Shown: piece by piece, positions 9,644 through 19,900 of the stretch
Layout of the letters: the number at the start of each line of letters is the position of its first letter
Numbering within the stretch: position 1 is the stretch's first letter
DNA from: an uncultured virus (IMG/VR IMGVR_UViG_3300043427_003288)
Lineage: Duplodnaviria; Heunggongvirae; Uroviricota; Caudoviricetes
Length of the DNA stretch: 64,000 nt
IMG/VR virus record: IMGVR_UViG_3300043427_003288
Strand: one strand, 5' to 3'
Translations under genes and position numbers: made by a program
The notes under the pieces: generated by a model
Seen by the model: only the letters and a program-made list of their open reading frames with translations
Told to the model about the DNA's origin: nothing
Databases searched by the model: none

Positions 9644-11192
9644 CGAAGTCGCAAAGATTACTTTGCCGTCGATCAAAAAATACGCCGAAAAAATCGGCGC
9701 CGATTTCTTAAACGTTACAGAGTTCAATAAGTTTTATATTACGCAAAAATGGAATAAGTTCCTGATTGCGGAACTCCTAAATCAATACAAGAGAATCATT
9801 TATCTTGATGTTGATATTTTAATCAGAGATGATTGCCCAAATCTTTTTGAAATTGTGCCCGAAAATAAATTGGGCATGTTCAACGAAGGGCGATACTCGC
9901 CGCGATTTGAATATCTGGAGCAAGCTTCAGAGTATTACAAAGAGCCGCTAAAGAAGTGGGGCGGCAAGTTTTACAACTCTGGCGTGATGGTTATTTCGCG
10001 GGTTCATAAGCAAATTTTCAGACTCCCAAAGGGCGTTGACTTTGTAGAGACTGATCAGCCCTACATTAACCTCCGAATCCTAAATGATAAGGTCGAGATG
10101 CATGACTTGCATTACGACTTTAATCGTATGGATATTCTTGATAAGTTCTGTGGCATTTCTCGCCTAAATTCTTATATTGTCCACTATGCTGGCGCTCCAA
10201 AAGATATTCAAATGGACGTTATGCTTAAGGATATAGACCAATGGGAAAAAGACAAGCAAGAAGGATATAAATATAAGCGTAATATCTTGATTTCTGTTAC
10301 TGCTGGAATGGGCGACCAGCTTTGCTCAGAGCCCGCTATCCGATACACTCAAAAGATGTATCCTGATGCTAACATTACTGTAGTGTCGCATTTCCCGCGA
10401 CTATTTGAGCATCTTAGTTGTCCAGTAGTAAGCTATGATCAATGGAAGGGGATCAAAGACGCTTTAATTACAATGCATACTTGCCCTGATGATGAGCAAT
10501 CAGAGCATAAGATGTCTCACGTTCTTTTCCATCCTACCGATTTCGCTTCAATGTCCATGATTAAGCGAACAATCCCAAACAACGACAAAACAATTCAATT
10601 AAAATTGGACGCCGAGGATGTTTCTTATGTTATTGATTTGTTCAAGGATAAAGATCCTAAGAAGCCTGTTGTTGTAGTTCATGCTGGCAAGTGGTGGCCT
10701 TCAAAGACCCTGCCAATTGAATGGTGGCAGCAGATCGTGAATAAGCTTTCAGAGAAGCTGACTGTTGTTCTCATTGGTAAGACTATTGATGAGAAGCAAG
10801 GTTATCTCCCTGTACAAATTCCACAAGGCGGCTATGATCTGAGAGACCTCACAACTCTTGGTCAGCTTTTTGCCCTTATTTCGCTATCAAGATGCTTGGT
10901 CACTAACGATTCCTCGCCCCTGCATATCGCGGGCGCGTTCGATAACTGGATCGTCACATTCCCAACTTGTAAGCACGAAGACCATATCCTGCCATTCCGC
11001 AATGGAACTCAAGCTTATAAGACCAAGGCTCTACGTAAGAACCTTCTCCTAGACGACCTTGAAATTCGCCATACAGAGTTCAAGCATGACACTATCGACT
11101 TGATTCCAAAAGGGAAAACAGTGCTTGAGTATCTCCCAGAGGTCGATACTGTCGTTAAGGAAGTAATGGACATTTACGATAACAAGCGATGA
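9594..11192 (+). CDS. fused glycosyltransferase (GT8-like N-terminus, GT9/heptosyltransferase-like C-terminus)
   Basis: IIYLDVD, YNSGVMV, DQPYIN, HYAG (GT8); GMGDQL, NDSSPLHIAGA (GT9). ATG 9594 preferred over the upstream TTG. Confidence 0.8.
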   Translation: MKKENLVLTISIGDYYNEVAKITLPSIKKYAEKIGADFLNVTEFNKFYITQKWNKFLIAELLNQYKRIIYLDVDILIRDDCPNLFEIVPENKLGMFNEGRYSPRFEYLEQASEYYKEPLKKWGGKFYNSGVMVISRVHKQIFRLPKGVDFVETDQPYINLRILNDKVEMHDLHYDFNRMDILDKFCGISRLNSYIVHYAGAPKDIQMDVMLKDIDQWEKDKQEGYKYKRNILISVTAGMGDQLCSEPAIRYTQKMYPDANITVVSHFPRLFEHLSCPVVSYDQWKGIKDALITMHTCPDDEQSEHKMSHVLFHPTDFASMSMIKRTIPNNDKTIQLKLDAEDVSYVIDLFKDKDPKKPVVVVHAGKWWPSKTLPIEWWQQIVNKLSEKLTVVLIGKTIDEKQGYLPVQIPQGGYDLRDLTTLGQLFALISLSRCLVTNDSSPLHIAGAFDNWIVTFPTCKHEDHILPFRNGTQAYKTKALRKNLLLDDLEIRHTEFKHDTIDLIPKGKTVLEYLPEVDTVVKEVMDIYDNKR

Positions 11193-11728
11193 ATAAATTC
11201 AGTTCTTTCCGCCCGCTCATGCATGAGCATGAGTATAAATTCATTGAAAAGTTCCTAAATAAAAATGACACTTTGCTTGAGTTTGGTAGTGGCAATAGCA
11301 CTATTTATTTTTCTGGAATTGTAAAAAAAGTAATTTCTATTGAGCATGACATTGATTGGGTAAATAGCCTAAATAAACTAATCAATGCTTATGACATCCA
11401 GAATATTGAGTTACTCTATCAAGCGGCGCATTCTCCAGACCCAAAGCCTTGCAGATACGAGCAATTCAAGGACTACGTGCATCTACCAGCAACCAAGAAC
11501 CTAAAGTTCACCAAGGCTTTGATTGATGGCAGAGCAAGAAAGTATTGCGCCAAATATCTTTGGGATATTATCGATGAAAATGTAGTGGTCTTCATTCATG
11601 ACTTTAACCGCTCTGATTATCAAATGGCGCTAAAGTATTATGACATGATTGAGGTACTGACGGAGGGGCAAGGAATCGCTGCTCTAAAAAAGAAAAAAGA
11701 AGTGCCAAAAGAAGACTTCTATTACTAA
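11189..11728 (+). CDS. class I SAM-dependent methyltransferase
   Basis: LLEFGSGNST, ISIEHD..W, LIDGRAR, FIHDF. Confidence 0.75.
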   Translation: MNKFSSFRPLMHEHEYKFIEKFLNKNDTLLEFGSGNSTIYFSGIVKKVISIEHDIDWVNSLNKLINAYDIQNIELLYQAAHSPDPKPCRYEQFKDYVHLPATKNLKFTKALIDGRARKYCAKYLWDIIDENVVVFIHDFNRSDYQMALKYYDMIEVLTEGQGIAALKKKKEVPKEDFYY

Positions 11729-11730
11729 AT

Positions 11731-11765
11731 AAAAAACCCCCGAATTTCTTCGGGGGTTTTGTTTT
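11731..11765. terminator. bidirectional intrinsic terminator
   Basis: AAAAAACCCCCGAA-TTTC-TTCGGGGGTTTTGTTTT between convergent genes. Confidence 0.9.
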
Positions 11766-11777
11766 GTCAAGCTATCG

Positions 11778-12941
11778 TTATACGATAGCTGGATTATAAG
11801 CGCTGCTCTGCACCCAAACGAATAGGCCGTTTGTAGTGTCTGTTGGACCACCAACTTGGGTAGTGAATGTCAAGTCAACTGATTTATTGTCGCCAATTGT
11901 TGACGAGAAGTTTTCACTTGCAAGTTTAGCGCCTCTAAGCTCATAAACGATTCTAGCTTCGTTGCCTGCTGTACCAGGAAGCTTGAATACGAAAGCAAGA
12001 TTCTTTGTGGTGTCGGCATCAAGAAGGGTTGCAATCGAGCCAGTAGATTTAAGGTCTGCAACAATAGCAGACATATTGCAAGTAATTTCTACTGGGAAGT
12101 CGATTACCTTGGTAAAGCCGAATCTGCTGCCAAGACGCTCCAGAGTGGTACGACCAATTGGAACTTCAATTGACAGGTTCTGGATGTGGGCAGCGGTGTT
12201 TCCAGAATAAGAAATTCCTGTGGGAAGATCGGTAACAACGCCATCGGTTAAGAACAGCGAAATGTCGCCGGGGCGAAGAGCCGAGACACCGACGTTACCA
12301 GTTGCAGGAACTGGAAGAATTCCTGTAGCACTAGATAGAGCGGCTGTACCGCTTTCTACGTTAATACCAGGAACAAGAAAACCAGATGCACCTGTAGAGA
12401 TGTTTACGTTAAGAGCTTCGGCAGTAACGGAAACTGTTGGCAGTCCACCTACGGCAGCTTCAACAGTATAATTTGTAATATATCCGTTACCAATTCCGAT
12501 TACTCTTGAGTTAACGCCGGTATAAGAAGCAAGGCCGTTGGCGTCGTTACCTTCTGGAACAGTTAAAATATGGAAGTTACGACCAGATACAATGCCAATG
12601 TTATTGGTCTCTATGCTACCGTCAATTAGACCGCTAATGAACGGAGCGGTGCCGCTTCCTGTGCCTACGGTAAAGCCAAGAGCAGTTTCGTTGTTACCAG
12701 TTGTGAGGTAATAAGAGAAGTCGAGGTTAACAGTTGGAGCTTCGATTGAGATTTGGTCAATACGGGCAAGGTTGCCAAATTGATTTACGTCTTGACGATT
12801 AACAGTAAAGCCATAGTTGGCTGATTGAACGCGATGGAGTTGATTAATTTTACCGACTCCGGTGTGCGCTGCTGTTGGGACAAGAGAGCCGTCCGCAACG
12901 AAAAGCGCTTCTGATTGATAAATTACTCTGTTACGTGCCAT
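11778..12941 (-). CDS. major tail tube protein (putative)
   Basis: Beta-rich Gly/Thr protein; follows neck genes, has its own terminator, and has paralogues after the tape measure gene. Confidence 0.65.
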   Translation of the reverse strand: MARNRVIYQSEALFVADGSLVPTAAHTGVGKINQLHRVQSANYGFTVNRQDVNQFGNLARIDQISIEAPTVNLDFSYYLTTGNNETALGFTVGTGSGTAPFISGLIDGSIETNNIGIVSGRNFHILTVPEGNDANGLASYTGVNSRVIGIGNGYITNYTVEAAVGGLPTVSVTAEALNVNISTGASGFLVPGINVESGTAALSSATGILPVPATGNVGVSALRPGDISLFLTDGVVTDLPTGISYSGNTAAHIQNLSIEVPIGRTTLERLGSRFGFTKVIDFPVEITCNMSAIVADLKSTGSIATLLDADTTKNLAFVFKLPGTAGNEARIVYELRGAKLASENFSSTIGDNKSVDLTFTTQVGGPTDTTNGLFVWVQSSAYNPAIV

Positions 12942-12994
12942 AAGTTAAAAGAAGGTTTTAAATACTTTACATTTTTTTATATATAAATGGAATA

Positions 12995-13840
12995 TTAAGC
13001 TCTTGGATATCTATACTTTGTAATTTCAAAGTCCATAAAGCCAATGTAAGATCTAGCGGCTCCAGCTTTTGATCTAGAGTCTTTAAATTTAGATACCGTA
13101 ACGTCCTTAATGAAAAGCTCAGAGGTTGGATCAGGGTTGGCATAGTAATCATCAAAAGAATATGGGGAAGACTTAATGTCCCCATATTCGTTAAGAGGGT
13201 AAGAAGTGAAGTTCTTTTCTTTGAATATTTTCTGCTCAGAATCAGCAAAAAGTGACATTACGCCCTCTAAGGAATAAGGGTTTTCGGCAAAGATTACGCA
13301 TTTTATGTAAGCTGTGGTTTCATCTTCACCGCCAAAAGAAAATGGCTCATTATTGATGTTGTCTGGGCATACATAAATAGCAGGAAATACCTGATCATAT
13401 GGATCAACATAAGCACCCGTCCAAGGAAATTTTTTATTAGCCTCGATGTTGTTTTCGAGAATCAAGTCGTCTTCACTGTCATTGGACAAATAAACATTGA
13501 ATTCTTTAACCGCAAAGCTGCCAGTAACAGCAACCCCTGTAGAAACTCCTGAAATTAATGCCCTGCCATTTAAAAAATCAATTTTCACGCCATCGTTCCT
13601 AGACTTGAAAACAGAATTAACATAAAATCCGCTTGGAATTGCGGCTCCAGTAATACTAGAGTCAAATACCCATTGTTTATATTTGCTGCCAAATGTTTTA
13701 TAAGTAGTTGATAGTCTTGGATCTGAGTAATATACAAAGCGACCAGTTTGGTTTGAGTAAGCTTCTCCTTTGTCAAGAAGATAGTGGTCTAACCAAAGAG
13801 CAAAAGATGTCGTGACATTATGTTGATATTGCGGTTTCAT
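12995..13840 (-). CDS. virion structural protein (tail terminator-like, by position)
   Basis: 281-aa ORF between neck genes and tail tube. Confidence 0.5.
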   Translation of the reverse strand: MKPQYQHNVTTSFALWLDHYLLDKGEAYSNQTGRFVYYSDPRLSTTYKTFGSKYKQWVFDSSITGAAIPSGFYVNSVFKSRNDGVKIDFLNGRALISGVSTGVAVTGSFAVKEFNVYLSNDSEDDLILENNIEANKKFPWTGAYVDPYDQVFPAIYVCPDNINNEPFSFGGEDETTAYIKCVIFAENPYSLEGVMSLFADSEQKIFKEKNFTSYPLNEYGDIKSSPYSFDDYYANPDPTSELFIKDVTVSKFKDSRSKAGAARSYIGFMDFEITKYRYPRA

Positions 13841-14420
13841 CTAATTGAGAAAATAGTTTTTCGTACTTAGCTAGAATTGCACTAATGTACCTTGTGTTTT
13901 TAAATCTTGCTTTGGAGCGAAGTTTATTTTTTAATTGAATTGCGGCTTCTGATCTTGATTGAGGAATGTCCTTCTCCAAATAAAGATAGTAGCCAACTCC
14001 TGATATTCCTGTTTCAATGCCTTTGGCCCAGCTACGACCAGGAGCCCAAGGCATTGGAGTAACATCCCAAACGTCTTCTTTTGTTGGCAAGAAGATGTTC
14101 CAAGTAGCACCATCGTCGATGAATCCAGAGAATCTAATTGTCGTTTTTTCTAAAAGTTTTACTACAGGATCAAGCGGCGTATCTCCAGCATAAAATCCAA
14201 TATAAGAGAACAAATTTCCATATCCACCAAGAGTTCCGCTTAAATTTGGCGCATCTGGACCCATTAATATTTCCTGAGAAATTGGGTGGTCTGCAAATTC
14301 AGATATCATCTGCCTTTTTAAGTTGTTGAAAGATAAAAGAATTCTTTTTTCATAAGATTCTTTTATTATTCTGCCAGACTGTTTTCTGAGCAAATTTTCA
14401 ACTTCTCTTGGTAGGGCCAT
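13818..14420 (-). CDS. putative neck/tail-completion protein
   Basis: Position in the operon; GNLFSYIGF and SWAKGIETGISG blocks. Confidence 0.45.
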   Translation of the reverse strand: MALPREVENLLRKQSGRIIKESYEKRILLSFNNLKRQMISEFADHPISQEILMGPDAPNLSGTLGGYGNLFSYIGFYAGDTPLDPVVKLLEKTTIRFSGFIDDGATWNIFLPTKEDVWDVTPMPWAPGRSWAKGIETGISGVGYYLYLEKDIPQSRSEAAIQLKNKLRSKARFKNTRYISAILAKYEKLFSQLDETAIST

Positions 14421-14421
14421 T

Positions 14422-14877
14422 TTATTCGTTAATTGGAGTCAGAATGAATGAATAGTACTTAGGGCCAAACATTCCATATGTTTTTCTATCAGAGGCAATG
14501 CCATATCTTCGACCATCAAACTCAACTTTTCTAGCTTCTTTTAAATAATTATATCCAGTGGCATCTACTTTTATTTTTACGCTACCAACTGGATAAAGAA
14601 CCTTTTGTTGCGAATCTGTGCCAGAAAATAGGTCTTTGTCCTGATTCAAATATTTGATTCTTGCTTTTACGCTATATGTAACAGGCGTGTAGGTTGGTGC
14701 ATTAACGGCGCTATTAGTATCAGCATCATAAAGTGCATTGTAAGTAGCAGAAGTCGAAATAATGGTCACTTCTGGGTTCATGATGATAGATATTGTTCTC
14801 GCAAAGGTCTCATGAATATTATCAAAAGCATCATTGATAAATGACTTTTGATCTGCGGATATATAGGAAGAAGCCAT
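14422..14877 (-). CDS. putative head-closure protein
   Basis: 151 aa, beta-rich with VEFDGRRY; first gene of the neck-tail operon. Confidence 0.45.
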   Translation of the reverse strand: MASSYISADQKSFINDAFDNIHETFARTISIIMNPEVTIISTSATYNALYDADTNSAVNAPTYTPVTYSVKARIKYLNQDKDLFSGTDSQQKVLYPVGSVKIKVDATGYNYLKEARKVEFDGRRYGIASDRKTYGMFGPKYYSFILTPINE

Positions 14878-14884
14878 ATTTTAC

Positions 14885-14891
14885 TTTACAC
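14885..14891 (-). promoter_or_regulatory. GTGTAAA motif, putative late promoter
   Basis: TTTACAC on the + strand, begins 14 nt before ATG 14877. Confidence 0.55.
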
Positions 14892-14930
14892 TTTTTATAT
14901 TAAATATAATATAAGGTAAGGCAAAAGGTT

Positions 14931-15227
14931 ATGACAGGAAAGGAATATCTTAGCGATAGGGTTAAGGCAAACACCTCTGATTTATTCAAGAGGATGCTTG
15001 CTATTTTAGAAGACGTTAAGCATGAGCATGATAGGCAGTTCGAAATGCTACTCGCTTCTTCCCCAGAATCTTTTAAGCCTGTAGTAAAACAAGCGAATTA
15101 TCTCGATGAGGGTAAAATGGCGCTTTACCGCAAGCGCATTTTAGACATGGGCAATGAATCAATCAGAAAAACTGCGTCTGAAATTGATTTTGTCAGAATT
15201 GAATTTCATCACACCTTTAAACAATGA
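14931..15227 (+). CDS. hypothetical protein
   Basis: 98-aa ORF coupled to the next gene by ATGA. Confidence 0.7.
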   Translation: MTGKEYLSDRVKANTSDLFKRMLAILEDVKHEHDRQFEMLLASSPESFKPVVKQANYLDEGKMALYRKRILDMGNESIRKTASEIDFVRIEFHHTFKQ

Positions 15228-15961
15228 AAGAACTATTTAGCTTCAATATTAAAGTTAACAAAGAAGTTGAGAAGACCGAGACAAAAGAGGAGAACGGCAA
15301 GACTATCTCTGTCACTCAAAAGGTAAAAGAAGATGTTCCTGTAAAGATCATCATCAAGAGTCCCTCAAGAAAGAATATTGAAGATGCCGATATGCAGTTA
15401 AGCATCGAAATGTCGAACTGTATTAAAAAAGGTATTCTGACAAAAGGAATGCTTCTCAAGAAATATTCTGACTCTGGCGGTTTTATTCTGGAGGAAGACC
15501 GAAAAGAACTCGCAAGGCTGAATGCTTTTGTTATTTCAAAGCAAGACGAGTATTCAAAAATGATTTCAAGATCAGAGAGGGATAAAGTAGCTGAAGATGA
15601 AATTATTGAAACGATTATGTCCGCTAAGAGAGCAATGCTGGAATATGAATCTGCTTACGCCAATCTTTTCGAAAATACTGCGGATTCGATTGCAGTAAGC
15701 AACGTAATTCGCTGGTTTTGCTTGCATATGGCTCACAAGCAAGAGGGCGATGGTCCAATTCAGCCCTTATTCGAAGGAGAAACTACCGAGGAAAAGCAGG
15801 CTTCTCTTCACAAGATGGATGAGGCCGAAGAGCCTATTTATTCAAAAGCTTATAGAAAACTCGCCACCTTTGTTTCATTCTGGTATTACAGCAAGAACGC
15901 AAAGAAGGAAGATTTTGAAAAGCTAAATTCCGACATTGAAAACGGAACATTTACTACATAA
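15224..15961 (+). CDS. putative tail assembly chaperone
   Basis: Helical, charged protein two genes upstream of the tape measure gene; call is positional. Confidence 0.5.
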   Translation: MKELFSFNIKVNKEVEKTETKEENGKTISVTQKVKEDVPVKIIIKSPSRKNIEDADMQLSIEMSNCIKKGILTKGMLLKKYSDSGGFILEEDRKELARLNAFVISKQDEYSKMISRSERDKVAEDEIIETIMSAKRAMLEYESAYANLFENTADSIAVSNVIRWFCLHMAHKQEGDGPIQPLFEGETTEEKQASLHKMDEAEEPIYSKAYRKLATFVSFWYYSKNAKKEDFEKLNSDIENGTFTT

Positions 15962-16928
15962 TCAGCTTTTTATAAGATTTAACGAAATAATAAAAGGATT
16001 CTCTGAAAGAAGGTTAGAGAAAGAAACTATATATATTAAACACCTCTCCAATGATGAGAGGTGTTTTTTGTATTCAAAGTATCAAGAGTTCTTTGATTAC
16101 GCTGGTAAGTTAGGGCTCCCTTCAGAAAAGGATGCTTTGGAAAAGGCTATCGATGATGATTTTTGGAGCGAAAAAAACGAGAAAGAGATAAAAACAAGTG
16201 AAGACTTCATCGAAAGAATGAAGCTCACTAAAAAAAATCTTTTCAAGCAAAGAGATATAGAGGTTATAGAAAAAGATTTAAAAGCCGAAGAGGAAAAATT
16301 GAGAAATAAGCTTGAAGAAAGAAGAGAAATTTTAGGCAAAACAAAGGAGGATTATGCAGCTAATAGATCGAACGATTATGTACTCTACTTAAGTCTTTAC
16401 AAAAATAGAAGTTTTACAGAAAAATATTTTGATTTGGAATATTTTGAGGAAATGTCTCACTCTGAGTTAGGCAAATACATACTTTTTTATAACGAATTTT
16501 ATAAAGAATTCGATGATCTCTGCACTCAAAGAATAGCGTTAGCTGATTTTTATAAGCCCTATTATATTGTTTTGGATAGTCCAAATGATTTTTTGGGAAA
16601 GCCGCTTTGTGAATTTACTGAGCTTCAAACAAGAGTTTTAATTTACGGAAAAGTTTTTAAGAATATTTTTGAAAATAATGAAAATATTCCAGAAAAGATA
16701 ATGAACGATCCTGAAGAATTATTGAAATATGTCGATAAAACAAAAGCTGAAGAAAAGTTTAACAAAAGCAGAAAAAAGTCTTCAGCCAACTCTAGCGCAG
16801 AAATGGTATTCGGGGCATCAAAAGATGAACTTTCAAAGTCAAAAGACACTAAAATGGTCAATGACGTAATGAAAGAAAAGAAAAATTTAACTATGGAAGA
16901 GTTAATGAAATTACATGGAGAGATGTAA
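15936..16928 (+). CDS. putative tail assembly chaperone
   Basis: Helical protein immediately upstream of the tape measure gene; TTG start uncertain. Confidence 0.5.
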   Translation: MKTEHLLHNQLFIRFNEIIKGFSERRLEKETIYIKHLSNDERCFLYSKYQEFFDYAGKLGLPSEKDALEKAIDDDFWSEKNEKEIKTSEDFIERMKLTKKNLFKQRDIEVIEKDLKAEEEKLRNKLEERREILGKTKEDYAANRSNDYVLYLSLYKNRSFTEKYFDLEYFEEMSHSELGKYILFYNEFYKEFDDLCTQRIALADFYKPYYIVLDSPNDFLGKPLCEFTELQTRVLIYGKVFKNIFENNENIPEKIMNDPEELLKYVDKTKAEEKFNKSRKKSSANSSAEMVFGASKDELSKSKDTKMVNDVMKEKKNLTMEELMKLHGEM

Positions 16929-16935
16929 TTTTTCC

Positions 16936-16942
16936 GTGTAAA
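16936..16942 (+). promoter_or_regulatory. GTGTAAA motif, putative late promoter
   Basis: Intergenic, begins 25 nt before the tape measure ATG. Confidence 0.5.
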
Positions 16943-16960
16943 TAAGCTAAAAGGTAAAGG

Positions 16961-19900
16961 ATGGCAAAAGGAATCACAGTCCCGGTCACTCAAACTGGAT
17001 TATCGCAATCCATTCAAAATGCGGTTAAGCAAGTTGGCGGAATTAGCGTTCCGGTTGACATTGATTCAAGATCATTCAAAAACCTCTCTCAGCCGCTAGG
17101 AAGAATCACTGGTTTGGCGACTGAGTTCGAAAAGTCAATTGCGGCATCGAATGCCCGTGTTATCGCATTCGGCGCTTCAGTTGGAATTATAAATGGTATT
17201 CAAGGTGCTTTTGCTGAACTACTTAGAACGGGTATAGAGGTTCAGAAGATATTGGCGGATATTGCCGCTATCTCAGGTCAATCTGGGGCAGAACTTTCGA
17301 AGTTTGGCGATTCTATTTTTGATGTCGCAAAAAATACTAGTCAAAGTTTTAAAGTAGCCGCTCAAGCTGCTCTTGAATTCTCTCGTCAAGGCTTGAGTAC
17401 TGATGAGACGATCAGAAGAACAAACGATGCTCTTACTCTTGTAAGATTCACTACATTAAATGCCGCAGAGGCAGTTGATGTTTTAACTGCGGCAACAAAC
17501 TCATTTTCAGACACGGGAATTACAACTTCTGAAATTTTGAATAAGCTTGTTGCGGTTGACACTAAATTCGCGGTTTCGGCGGAAGACCTTGCCAACGGTT
17601 TGGCTCGCGCAGGCTCGATTGCTCAAGAGGTTGGCGTTTCATTCGATGAGCTTAATGCGGCTATTACAATTACTCAAGAGAGAACTGCTCGCGGTGGTGC
17701 AGTAATCGGCAACGCATTAAAAACAATTTTCACAAGACTGAGAAGTGATGAAACAGTCAATGCGTTAAGATCTATTGGCGTAGAGTCTTTAAATGCCCAA
17801 GGGGGATTAAAAGGAGCTATTCCTCTTCTTCAAGAAGTAGCCACAAAGATTGAAAATCTTTCTGGAGGCGAAAGAGTTCAAATTTTAGAGGCAATTGCTA
17901 GCAAGTACAATATCAATATTCTTTCTGCTCTTTTAAATGACTTGAACGCCGCTAACGGTAAGTTTGCCGAGGTTGTTCAAATTTCAGGATCAGCGCAAAA
18001 TCAAGCTTACGAAAGACAAATAGAATTAAATAAAACTCTTGCTGCTCAGATAAATCTTACGACTGTTTCTGTTACTCAGTTATTCAATAAGCTTGCTGAA
18101 ATTGGCGTGACAGAGAGCTTAACAAGCATACTGAAATTCGTTAATGATTTATTGGATGGCTTCAATAAGCTTTTAGACTCGGAAACAACTGGCAGCAACA
18201 TCGCAAAAGGTCTGATCAAAGGCATTTCTGATGTTTTCTTTACTGTCGGTTTGCCAATTATTGGAGCTATCTTTATAAAGCTAACAAAAGATATTGCCCA
18301 ATTCGGCGTTGAGTCTTTAAAAACAATTTTAGGCATTAACCAGCAAGTTAGAGAGCGCCAAGCTCTTGAGCAAGCTGTAGTAAATACTTTGATTAAGGAT
18401 AGAGATGTAATGGCGTCAATTCTTGCCTTGAGTGGAGATAGAGCAAAGCAAGAAGAGTATTTGCTAAATGTTTATAATCGCCAAATTTCTGCTCTTGAGA
18501 GAGTTCAGTCTATAGCAACTTCTGTTGCTCCTGCTTTAGTGCAGGGCGGTCTTTCTGCTACTAGCGGAACTGTACAACGCAGAGCAGCAGACGGATATCT
18601 CCCAGCGCAAGAAGCTGCGGATGTAAAGCGAGGCGTTGGTGGTGCGGACAAGAATGCAAAGGTGGTTAAGATCCCTAATTTCTCTTTTGGTGGTGGCAAG
18701 AAGGGTACAATGTACGCAAATACCAGCGAATATATTGTTCCTAATTATAATGGTGGCGATGGGACTGCTATCTTCAACAAAGATATGGTCAGTAAATACG
18801 GAAAGCCAGAAAATGCTAAAAAGATAAATGCGGCAACAGGGTATATTCCAAATTATATAAAAACCCAGCCTAAAAATATTCAAGCTATTCGTCAAGGTAA
18901 AAAATTTGAACAAAGTTTAAATTTAAAACTATTTGGAGAAGCGTCATATGCAGCTAATGCTGTTTTAGATTTTCCAAAGCCAGAAGGTTTTGGTGCAGAC
19001 TCCGAAGTAAAAAAAGAACTTGGAATAAATCCACAATCAGAGTACGGAGATGCAAAAAGAACCCAAAGCAGAAAAAGCGAAAAGAGTTTATTAGATAAAT
19101 ACCTGAGAACTCCAGAAGGAAGCGCTGAGTTTTTAAATGCAAAAGAAACCGCCAGAGGATTTATAAATTTAAATCCAAAAGGTTTGTCGATGCTATTTTT
19201 AGAACAAGGTCAAGACGCAAAAGAAACCGCTTATCTTGGAACAAAGGAGTCTATTTTATCAGAAAAAACAAAAGATTTGATTAAAACAAAATTTGGAGAT
19301 AAAAAAGCTAGCAAAACTATTGCTATGCCTTATATTGCCGATAAAATAAATAAAAGTGAACTGAGTGCTAAAAAAGCTTCGACTGGTTATATTCCAAATT
19401 TTCAGCAGCAGGCGGTTGGCGAAAAGCAGCTTACCGCAAAAGAAAAGGAATTAAAAACAAAGGCAGAGAAAGTAATAAATAATAGGGTTGGCAATACTTT
19501 TGGTACTGCGGCAATGCTGGTCAAGGATCAAGATGATGAGCAAAAAGTCAGAACAGATAAAACTTATCCTTGGGGTTTTGAGCCAAAAGAGCCAGAAAAT
19601 AAAATATTTGGAAGAGTAAAGTTCCCAGTTTATGGCTTAAAGGATAGTGGATTGCAGCAAGCAAAACTTGGCGCTGTTCCAAAGATCAAAGAGCCATTAG
19701 ATAAAATAGCTTTAGATTTCGGCACTTCTGTTTCTTCAGATCTGGCTGGAAGACAGGTCAGCCAAGCTGAGTATCAACAATCATACAAAAAATCTTTTGG
19801 TGCTGCTGGAGCTTTCGGAGGTGTTGTCGGAGGCATCTTTGAATCTGCCGCAAGAGTAGCTTTTAATTTTGAAAGCGACAAAGTTAATACTTTAGACGTT

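Noticed and set aside
15900..15961. Lambda G/GT-style -1 frameshift between the chaperone genes
   Set aside because: The second ORF is in the +1 frame and no canonical XXXYYYZ slippery site is evident; not excluded, but unsupported
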